Source: Candidatus Latescibacterota bacterium (GTDB lineage Bacteria; Latescibacterota; UBA2968; UBA8231). From it: a DNA stretch of 64,000 nucleotides. A model generated the notes under the pieces. It worked only from the letters and a program-made list of their open reading frames with translations. It searched no databases and was not told the origin of the DNA. The stretch spans positions 2,816,001 through 2,880,000 of the forward strand of contig OZ242005.1 in assembly GCA_965204725.1 (NCBI GenBank). Direction: 5' to 3'. This document shows positions 46,338 to 54,267 of the stretch, piece after piece (within the stretch, counting starts at the first letter, position 1; each line of letters starts with the position of its first letter). The translations under genes were made by a program, and so were the position numbers.

Positions 46338-48296
46338 TCAAAACATCCGAATCCTGTTCCCGGTCATGCCCGTAAATCCATCGACGACCATCCAGAATCC
46401 TCCGGCGACGAACTGCCCCAACACCATGCCGAGGAAAAACCACCGCGTCGCTTTGTAGCCATTTGGGCCGATATACTTGAGCACGAGGGCCTTGACCAGC
46501 CACGCGAGGAAGATGCTGAACCAGACGCTGTTGAGGATCCAAGTGCCGCTGGCCAGATAGCCCAGCGGATGGAAGGGCCACCACAAAAGGTGATGCCGCG
46601 CCCAGATCAACGAAGCCATAATCACCGCGCCGACCCCGTTCCACAACCAGCCATTCCAGTTGGGGCCGATCGGATTGAGGGCGAAGTTTTGGGCGACGCG
46701 AAACGGCTCCTTGGCAAACCACGCCCACGAGCCGTGATAGTTGTTCGCGCCGTAGTGGTAGCTCAGGACGAGAATCGTACCAACCCCGCCCACGAGGCCA
46801 ATGGCCATGGCCAGCCCAATCATCGCGAGGATGCGGTGCTTGTAGCGGCTCAGGCCGTGCAACATGCGAATGCCGTTGGCACAGGGGGCCATCATAAAGA
46901 CCAGCAGGTCGCCGGCCCAAGCGAGGGTCATGCCCGTGGCCAGCACCCCGGCCGTCCCGAGCGAGGAGGACCCGACGCTGGAGATGAGAAAGCCACAGCC
47001 CGACATGCCTTGGACGGCCGCGGCCAAGCCGGCTTCGACGATCATCCGCGTCAGGGCCAAAAAGATGACAAACGCCCCGAACAGATAGACGAAAACGGCC
47101 CACAGCGGCAGGCCCGAGCGCCACAGCCACACCGCCATGACGGCAAGGCCCAACGCGACGCCGAGGACCGCCGTGCGGTACGACAGCAGCTCCTCGCCGT
47201 CGGATCGGCCTTCCCGCCGCCAGAGGTGCTGCACAACGCGCCCTATATGGCCGCGCGCCGTCCACAGCCCCAAAAGCACCATGACGATCATGGCGCCCAT
47301 GGTCTGGTGGCTCAGCAGCCCCATGGTCGGCCCCTCAAAGGTGTGGCTGAAGATGTCGAGGTTTTCGGTGCTCAAGATGCCGATGCGCGTGAAGAGCACC
47401 TCCTCTGCTTTGACCAACAAGTAGAAGAACCACAGGCTAAAGGTGATGTTGGCATGGACCAAATAGGCCAGTCCCATCCACATGCAGTCGAAGCGCAGGT
47501 AAAACCGCACCGCGTCGTGGGCCAGCGGCAACGAGTGCGTAAAGTGGATGCGGCCGATGAACTCGTAGTAGTGGCTCAAGGCGTTGATCCCGTGCAGGAC
47601 AAACGGCACGGCTAGCCCCAGCCACATTGAGGGGTTCTTGAGGAAGGGCTTGACGGGCGCGGCCGTCGCCCCGTCCTCGACCATGCCCAGCGGCACCTGC
47701 GTTAGCGGGTAGAGCAGCCGCTCGTGGTCCATCCACTGCCGCCGCAAGATGACCATCGCGCACACGACGACCACGTAGAACGCAGCCATGAACAGGAGCC
47801 ACCACAAAAGCGGCTCCAGCCAAACGCCCCAAGGGATGGCCGCGCCCGCTGGCAGGCCCTCGTAAAAACCGCGCATGGCCTGAGCATCGTAGGGAATGAG
47901 CCAAGTGGGAAGGTGGGGCAGGAGCAGCTCCTCCCAGTTGTTTTCCGGCGTCGCAAAGTAGAAGACGCCGGTCAAAATCGGCACGGCAATGCTGACAAAA
48001 CCCCGTGCGGCAATGGCGGTGGTAATCATCATCATCACCGCGATGCTCAACAGCTCGGCGCGGCTGAAAAGCCAACTCGGCCGCACGAGGCCGAGCAGCG
48101 GCTGCACGAGGGCCACGAGCAAAAAGAGCAAGAAAAAGGCGGCTGGCGTCGAGGAATTCAGCCCGAGTTGGGTGCCGTTGAGGACGAATTCTCCGTATGG
48201 CAGGCCCACGGCAATCACACTGCACAGCACGGCCCCCACGAGCATGGCGCGCCCGCTGATTCCGGCGCGAGCCGCGGGTTTTTTCGAGGCGTTCAC
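46338..48296 (-). CDS. Polytopic membrane protein, DUF6785-like (putative transporter)
   Basis: YFATPENNW, RRQWMDHERLLYP, WWPFHPLG, FFLGMVLG; paralog of 21234-23177. Start at GTG after AAGGA is an estimate. Confidence 0.75.
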   Translation of the reverse strand: MNASKKPAARAGISGRAMLVGAVLCSVIAVGLPYGEFVLNGTQLGLNSSTPAAFFLLFLLVALVQPLLGLVRPSWLFSRAELLSIAVMMMITTAIAARGFVSIAVPILTGVFYFATPENNWEELLLPHLPTWLIPYDAQAMRGFYEGLPAGAAIPWGVWLEPLLWWLLFMAAFYVVVVCAMVILRRQWMDHERLLYPLTQVPLGMVEDGATAAPVKPFLKNPSMWLGLAVPFVLHGINALSHYYEFIGRIHFTHSLPLAHDAVRFYLRFDCMWMGLAYLVHANITFSLWFFYLLVKAEEVLFTRIGILSTENLDIFSHTFEGPTMGLLSHQTMGAMIVMVLLGLWTARGHIGRVVQHLWRREGRSDGEELLSYRTAVLGVALGLAVMAVWLWRSGLPLWAVFVYLFGAFVIFLALTRMIVEAGLAAAVQGMSGCGFLISSVGSSSLGTAGVLATGMTLAWAGDLLVFMMAPCANGIRMLHGLSRYKHRILAMIGLAMAIGLVGGVGTILVLSYHYGANNYHGSWAWFAKEPFRVAQNFALNPIGPNWNGWLWNGVGAVIMASLIWARHHLLWWPFHPLGYLASGTWILNSVWFSIFLAWLVKALVLKYIGPNGYKATRWFFLGMVLGQFVAGGFWMVVDGFTGMTGNRIRMF

Positions 48297-48484
48297 TTGC
48301 CAATTCCTTGCCAAATTTTCGGATTCTGACGGCCGTTCAAGTATGTCTCTTGGCTGGCTCCGTGTCCACCTAGGCCCCAAGTCGCAGTACTATTGTAATA
48401 TGTAGGGGGCAGTTGTATATTTGGCCCCGACCCATCAGCTTGCAAAGGTTGCAAGTTCGCTCAGACCACTGAAAGGAGAGCAGC

Positions 48485-49420
48485 ATGAAGTTACTGATCG
48501 CCTGCGGCTTTAGCCTAGCCCTAATCGGCGCGGCAAACGCCCAGTTCAACGATCCACCGGCCCTCGAAAATCGCAACGGCCGGCTCGGCTTTGAGTTTTA
48601 CATGCTCGAAGTGCCCGACCCCAGCGCCATGACGGCCGATGCCGACGCCAGCGACTGGGGCTGGTTCGACCCTGAGTACATCCTCACTATGGACGAGTGG
48701 CGCGACGAAGCCGACCGTCCTCTGCCCGAGCGCGACGACTACAACGTCACCACCCTCATGGGCTGGAAGGGCGGCGATGTCAACCGCTGGTACGTCCACA
48801 TGGAAATTGTCGATGACATCCTCTGCCACTGGGGCACCAACGTCGAGCAGTGGCACGCCGACATGATCGAGTTCAGCCTCGACCCGACGGATCACGGCCG
48901 CGAATTTGGCACCGGTTGGGTCATGGAATACATCGCCCGCCCGGGCGACATGGTGCCGCCCCAAAACGTGCGCTATCGCTGGACTCAGGAAGATAAGCCC
49001 CCGGCGTGGCAGGAAAACAACGAGGTCATCGAGTTCGCCGTCCGCGTCGATCCGCCCGAAGCCTGGGCCGCTGAAGTGTGGTCGGCCGGCGGAACCACGT
49101 ATTACGAGTGGAACTACGAGGTCAAGCGGTTCATGGAAGACGGCGGGCCATCGGTCAGCGAGACCTTCCAGTTGGACGAGGTTGCCGGGGAAGACGGCGC
49201 GGGCCTACCGTTCAACCTGTGGGCTGAGGACAGCGAGCCAACAGAGGAAGATGGCGACCGCGCCTCTTCAGTGGTCAACGACATGACCACGCGCGGCCCC
49301 GAAGCCTCGGCGCGGCAGTACTACGCTCATGCTCTGCTGCTGCGCATCGGCGAGTACTCCGCCCAAACGTCCATTGAAGAATCTACTTGGGCGCAGATCA
49401 AGAATTCCTTCCACCGCTAA
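48485..49420 (+). CDS. Secreted DOMON/CBM9-like protein with C-terminal TSIEESTWAQIK motif
   Basis: AAGGAG RBS; signal peptide; DADASDW, MGW, VDD, DMIEFSLD, YYEW; paralog of 26522-27451. Confidence 0.65.
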   Translation: MKLLIACGFSLALIGAANAQFNDPPALENRNGRLGFEFYMLEVPDPSAMTADADASDWGWFDPEYILTMDEWRDEADRPLPERDDYNVTTLMGWKGGDVNRWYVHMEIVDDILCHWGTNVEQWHADMIEFSLDPTDHGREFGTGWVMEYIARPGDMVPPQNVRYRWTQEDKPPAWQENNEVIEFAVRVDPPEAWAAEVWSAGGTTYYEWNYEVKRFMEDGGPSVSETFQLDEVAGEDGAGLPFNLWAEDSEPTEEDGDRASSVVNDMTTRGPEASARQYYAHALLLRIGEYSAQTSIEESTWAQIKNSFHR

Positions 49421-49508
49421 ACCCCTCGGAGCGGCTTCGCGGCCAAACGCGCCGTGGAGCCGCTCCACTTCATACCCAGCGTACCTTCCTCCGTTGCCAA
49501 GACGTACA

Positions 49509-50228
49509 ATGCGCGGATGCCTAGCGATCGCGGTGCTCATCTTCCTCGCAAGCGGCTGCGGGCGCTATTTCCCCCAGCCACTGCGCCCCGCTCCTCAACA
49601 AGCAGAGGGCATGACCATCAACGACGATGGCTCGGTCACCTACGCGCTAGAGCGGCTGGCCATTACCCTCAAGCCCATGACCGACGCCGAACTCAACCGG
49701 CAATTTCCCCAAGCCTCAACCGGCGGGGCCGCGGCCGTCAACCCCTATACCTTTGGCGATTGGGCCGCGCCCGGCGACACTTGGACGCCGCCGCGCTTTT
49801 TGGTGATGAAACTCGGCGTCGCCAACTACCAGTTCCCCAAGGTCGTCATCGATCCCCTCAAGGCCACGATCAAAGCGGCCAACAATCAAACCTACCGCGC
49901 CTTGAGCTACGCCGAGCTGTACGAATACTATCGATCGTATTGGCAGGCCAACTCCGGCCAAGGGCGGCTCGAATTCAGGGCGCGCACCGATATTCTCAAG
50001 CAAACCATGTTTACGGATGACTTCATCTTCAGTGGCCGCGACGAAGAAGGGTACATCGTCTTTCCCCGCTTGGACGACGAAATAAAGCGCGTCCAAGTGG
50101 AAATCGCCGACATCGCCATTCGCTTCAACTTTGAGAACGAACCCGTGGAAACCGTGGACCTCAACGTCTCTTTCGAGCGCGAGGTGCTCAAGGGGCACGC
50201 ACCCCATAGCGCGGTTCCATTGCAATAA
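49509..50228 (+). CDS. Hypothetical lipoprotein
   Basis: MRGCLAIAVLIFLASGC lipobox; beta-rich DUF4352-like C-terminal region (EGYIVF). Confidence 0.7.
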   Translation: MRGCLAIAVLIFLASGCGRYFPQPLRPAPQQAEGMTINDDGSVTYALERLAITLKPMTDAELNRQFPQASTGGAAAVNPYTFGDWAAPGDTWTPPRFLVMKLGVANYQFPKVVIDPLKATIKAANNQTYRALSYAELYEYYRSYWQANSGQGRLEFRARTDILKQTMFTDDFIFSGRDEEGYIVFPRLDDEIKRVQVEIADIAIRFNFENEPVETVDLNVSFEREVLKGHAPHSAVPLQ

Positions 50229-50230
50229 TC

Positions 50231-52240
50231 ATGCGGCCCCATTGCTCCCTTCCGCTTGGTCGCTTGGCTGCCGTCTGCATGATGGTCGGGCTGGGAACGC
50301 GGCTGGGGCTGGCCGAGGTAGAAACGTACCACATCGGCCGCGGCGGCTTGTCGTGGGCTTCTCAAGCGGATATCCAGAACGGAACCGTAGGAGTTGAGGG
50401 CGCGCTACAGCCGCTGGAGCTGCGCAGCGGCCAGAACCTGATGGAACTGCTGCGGGCCGCAGGTCAGACTTGGCTCAACGGCAGCCCCAGCGACTTTACC
50501 AAGCCCGGCCAGCCGCGCACTTGGTCCAACGACGGTCCCTTCAATCAGGTAAACGGTCCCTTGCAACTCGTTGACGGCGACCCTTCGAGTTCGTCAGAAG
50601 GCGCGTTCCGCACGGCGCGCAACCAAGCGGGGGCCACGTTTTTCTGGGATCTCGGTGCCCCTTTTCCAATAGACCGCGTGCGTTTCGCGCCCGCCTCTGG
50701 TGAGCTAGATTGGTTCATCAAGGCATTTGAACTGCAAGTGAGCGACGGCGAGCAGTTCGACGAGGTCAAGCGGCCCGTCTATCGCCTGCTGAGCCGCGTC
50801 GAGGACAACGACAACCCAGTGGTCGAGCTTTCCTTCAACGGGGTGCAGGGGCGCTTTCTCCGGCTCAAGGTGCTCTCGCGCAATCCCTTCAACCTCGCGG
50901 AATTTGAAGTGTACGGCGAGGGATTTGTGCCCGTGTCCAGCTACGTCTCCCAGCTCTATTCCTTTGGGCGGCCCGTGAATTTCGGGCGGCTCGCGGTGCA
51001 GGCCGAGCGGCTGAGCCGCAGCGCGGCCGGCGACACTGCGATCGCGCGCTTGCAGTTCCGCAGCGGCACGGACGACACGCCGGTAGCCTATTTTCGCCGT
51101 GACCGCGACACGGGCGTCCGCGAAGAAGTGCCCCTGTCCGAATACAACAATCTGCCCAGACGCGCCCTGTACCGCCGCGACCCCAACACCGAGGCCGTGC
51201 TAGAAGAAGTAACGAGAACCGAGTATCTCTCGCTGCCGTTGGCCGAGGTCGGCCCCGCTCGCGACTTTGTGCCGGCTGGCATCCGCGAAGACGTGGAGAA
51301 TTGGAGCACTTGGACCCCGCCGCTGCAACTCGATTCGTCGGGCACAGTGGTCCTGCCGTTGGACCTGCCAAGCCCGCGCGAATTTTTGCAGTTCCGCGTC
51401 TTTTTTAACGGACGCGCTGCGGCCACCATGCGCCTCGATAGCTTGGTCGTGGAGTTTGCTCCCGAATTGGTCAGCACGGCCGTCGGCGAAGTCGCGCTGG
51501 CCGCGGATCCCCATCCCCCGGCCGGCGTCTTGGCGGTTCCAAGCGGAGTCGATACCTCCTTTGTCTGCGACATCCGCACCGAGTTTGACCGCGACGATCT
51601 CGCGGGCTTTCGCGGCCTCCAGCTCACCGCCTTTCCGCCCCCCGTGTTTGAGCGGCTGCAAATGGGCGATCCCCTCGCGGACGTCGCGGACGTCGAAGTC
51701 GAGCCTATTGCCGAGGGCTTCCGCGTCTTTTTCCCGCCGGTGACGCGCCAAAACAACCAGCCCATGCGGCTGGCCTTTAGGCTGCGGCTGCTGGAGTACC
51801 ATACGCCGCTAAACGTCTTTTTGCTCGGCGCGGGCGCGGTGCCGCCGCACCCGGTTGTGGCCGGCAATGCCAGCGTCGAAGTGGGTACGGGGGCGATCCA
51901 CATCTTTGCCGCCAGTGCCACGCCCTCGGTCGAGGCCCGCCTCTCGACTGCTGTGCTTACGCCCAACGGCGATGGCGTCAACGACGGCGTCGAAGTCGTG
52001 GCCGTGCTGGCGCAATTTGCCGGCGAGGTGGCGCTGGCCATCGAAGTTTTTGATCTCTCCGGTCGCCGGGTGCGGGAGTTAATTGCCGCGCCGCGCGCTG
52101 CGGGGGTCTATCGCGAAACGTGGGATGGACGCAATCGGGCCGGTGAGCGGGTCGCGCCCGGCCTGTACCTATGTCGGATCGCGGTGCGCTCGGATGGCTC
52201 CCCAACGACCGCGACCCAGATCCTAGGAGTGGCGTATTGA
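50231..52240 (+). CDS. Secreted protein with FlgD-Ig/CTD C-terminus (short type)
   Basis: LVDGDPSS, WDLGAPFPIDRVRF, LAEFEVYGEGF, PSPREFLQFR, LTPNGDGVND...WDG...VAPGLY...GVAY-stop. Confidence 0.75.
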   Translation: MRPHCSLPLGRLAAVCMMVGLGTRLGLAEVETYHIGRGGLSWASQADIQNGTVGVEGALQPLELRSGQNLMELLRAAGQTWLNGSPSDFTKPGQPRTWSNDGPFNQVNGPLQLVDGDPSSSSEGAFRTARNQAGATFFWDLGAPFPIDRVRFAPASGELDWFIKAFELQVSDGEQFDEVKRPVYRLLSRVEDNDNPVVELSFNGVQGRFLRLKVLSRNPFNLAEFEVYGEGFVPVSSYVSQLYSFGRPVNFGRLAVQAERLSRSAAGDTAIARLQFRSGTDDTPVAYFRRDRDTGVREEVPLSEYNNLPRRALYRRDPNTEAVLEEVTRTEYLSLPLAEVGPARDFVPAGIREDVENWSTWTPPLQLDSSGTVVLPLDLPSPREFLQFRVFFNGRAAATMRLDSLVVEFAPELVSTAVGEVALAADPHPPAGVLAVPSGVDTSFVCDIRTEFDRDDLAGFRGLQLTAFPPPVFERLQMGDPLADVADVEVEPIAEGFRVFFPPVTRQNNQPMRLAFRLRLLEYHTPLNVFLLGAGAVPPHPVVAGNASVEVGTGAIHIFAASATPSVEARLSTAVLTPNGDGVNDGVEVVAVLAQFAGEVALAIEVFDLSGRRVRELIAAPRAAGVYRETWDGRNRAGERVAPGLYLCRIAVRSDGSPTTATQILGVAY

Positions 52241-54255
52241 CCGCTTTCTTGCTCGTGCTATTGGTCGCCGGGGCGGCTCGGGGGCAGGCGTCGGCCTGGG
52301 TCGTCGGCGCGAGTGGCGAACCGTGGGCCGAGGTCGCCGAGCGCTGGATTGCCCTCGACGACTCAGTGCGCCTCGGGGCTGTCCAGCCTCGGGCCGTGCC
52401 GCCGGGGCGCAACGCGCTGCGCGGATTGGTGCGGGCCACCGGGATTGCCTCTCTAGTCAACATCTTTGACTACTCCTATGCCTTTACCAAAGACCCGGAC
52501 CAGCTAGAGCGCGACGACCAAATCGTGGGCTGGAATCCGCGGATGTGGGGAAACAACGTAGCGGTAGCGGCAATGCGCGGCCTCATAGATGGCGACGAGT
52601 TGACCGCCACTTTCGTCCACCCCCCGCGCATCACCGGGCGGCCCAACGCCACGATTTTCTTTACGCTCGACCTGGGAGTGCCCATCGCCCTCGACAGCCT
52701 CGTCTTCTTCCCGCCCCAAAGCGGCTTTACCGACGACAACCGACGCCAGCGCAACCTCTTCCCGGTGGGCTACGAAGTGACGCGCACCAACACGCCGGCC
52801 GACTGGCTCATTTTCGAGGAGGAAGCTGTCGCCCTCGGGTCGCCCGGCTACCACCCGCTCGACGAGCTCATCGGCAGCACCTTTTCCAACAACGAGAGCG
52901 TTGTCTCGCTGCGGCCGCCCCTGCGCTTTACGCGCTTTTTGCGCTTTAAGTTCGGCGGCGTCACGTCGCTGGGCATCCTCGCCGAGATACAGGCTTTTGG
53001 GCGCGGCTATCCCCAAGTGGCCCGCTACTTGTCGCAAGTCAAGTCCTTTGGCGAGCCGGTGAGCCTCGGCCGGATTACTTGGCACTTCACCCGCTACCGG
53101 CAAACGAGTTCGGGCCGCATCGTCGAAGACCCAACGGTGCCGGTGCAGCTCGTCATCCAGACGCGCTCCGGCACGGACGACGATCCAACAGACCACTTTA
53201 TCTTTGACGAACTCAGCCGCCTCCTCAAAGTGGACCGCCCGACCTACGAGGACGCTCCGTCGGTCGTGTTCGCCGCGTACGAGCGAGCACCGGGGTTCCA
53301 AGCGCGTCGCGGCGAGGATACTGAAAATTGGACGCCTTGGTCCATTGCCTACGTGGAGTCGGGCGACGAAGTGCGCTCGGCCGACGGCGGATCGTTCTTC
53401 CAGTTTCGCTTTGAGATTGCCACCGAGCATCCCTTTGCCTTTGGCGTCTTGGACAGCGTGGCCTTTGAGGTCTCACCTCTGTTGGCCGACAGCGTACTGG
53501 CCGAAGTCTCGCTCGCCGGGCCGCTGACCGAGCCGAGGGTGCCGCTGGGCGCGGATACTGCGTTTGTCTATGACATTCGCACTGTTTTTGCCTCCAGCGA
53601 CCGCGTGGGGTTTGACGCGATTGAATTGGATGTGCCGCCGGGCGCACGCTTTCTCGGCTTGGAAATTGACGAAGTGCCCGCGCAAGAAGGCGTGGATTTT
53701 TCCTTCGTCGCCGCGCCCAACAAATTCAGCTTCACTTTTCCCCAGCCCTTTGTCGCCGACACGTCGTTTCGCGTCCGCTACCGCAGCGCGATCTACCAAG
53801 CGTCGCTCTTTTTAGAGGGCCAGTTGATCAACCGCGATCCCGAGGCCGCGCTCCTACCCCAGTCCATTGAAGCGGGCGATGCGCACCCAGAGGTCGCCAG
53901 CAACAGCATCCAAGTGGTCGCCAGCGAGGCCGAGCTGAGCGTCTTGGGCACCCTGCGGCTGTCCTCGCCGGTCTTAACGCCCAATGGAGACGGCGTCAAC
54001 GACCTCGTCGTCGCGACCTTTGATCTTTATGGCGTCAACGGAGCACCGACCACCGTAGAAGTCCGCGACCTCGCCGGACGCAGCATCGCCAACCTGCTCA
54101 ACACCTCGGGCCAAGCCGGCTCCTACGCGCCGACTTGGAGCGGCCGAGGCGCGGATGGAGAATTCGTCCCCCCCGGCCTCTACTTGGTGCAGATCGAGGT
54201 CCAGATCGACTTAGGCGCAGTGACCCAGACCCACGCGGTCGCGGTCGCCTACTGA
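52237..54255 (+). CDS. Secreted protein with FlgD-Ig/CTD C-terminus (short type)
   Basis: TTGA overlap with an AGGAG RBS; LIDGD, LDLG, AEIQAFGRGY, WTPWS, LTPNGDGVND...VPPGLY...AVAY-stop. Confidence 0.75.
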   Translation: MTAFLLVLLVAGAARGQASAWVVGASGEPWAEVAERWIALDDSVRLGAVQPRAVPPGRNALRGLVRATGIASLVNIFDYSYAFTKDPDQLERDDQIVGWNPRMWGNNVAVAAMRGLIDGDELTATFVHPPRITGRPNATIFFTLDLGVPIALDSLVFFPPQSGFTDDNRRQRNLFPVGYEVTRTNTPADWLIFEEEAVALGSPGYHPLDELIGSTFSNNESVVSLRPPLRFTRFLRFKFGGVTSLGILAEIQAFGRGYPQVARYLSQVKSFGEPVSLGRITWHFTRYRQTSSGRIVEDPTVPVQLVIQTRSGTDDDPTDHFIFDELSRLLKVDRPTYEDAPSVVFAAYERAPGFQARRGEDTENWTPWSIAYVESGDEVRSADGGSFFQFRFEIATEHPFAFGVLDSVAFEVSPLLADSVLAEVSLAGPLTEPRVPLGADTAFVYDIRTVFASSDRVGFDAIELDVPPGARFLGLEIDEVPAQEGVDFSFVAAPNKFSFTFPQPFVADTSFRVRYRSAIYQASLFLEGQLINRDPEAALLPQSIEAGDAHPEVASNSIQVVASEAELSVLGTLRLSSPVLTPNGDGVNDLVVATFDLYGVNGAPTTVEVRDLAGRSIANLLNTSGQAGSYAPTWSGRGADGEFVPPGLYLVQIEVQIDLGAVTQTHAVAVAY

Positions 54256-54267
54256 CGAGAAAAGCCC

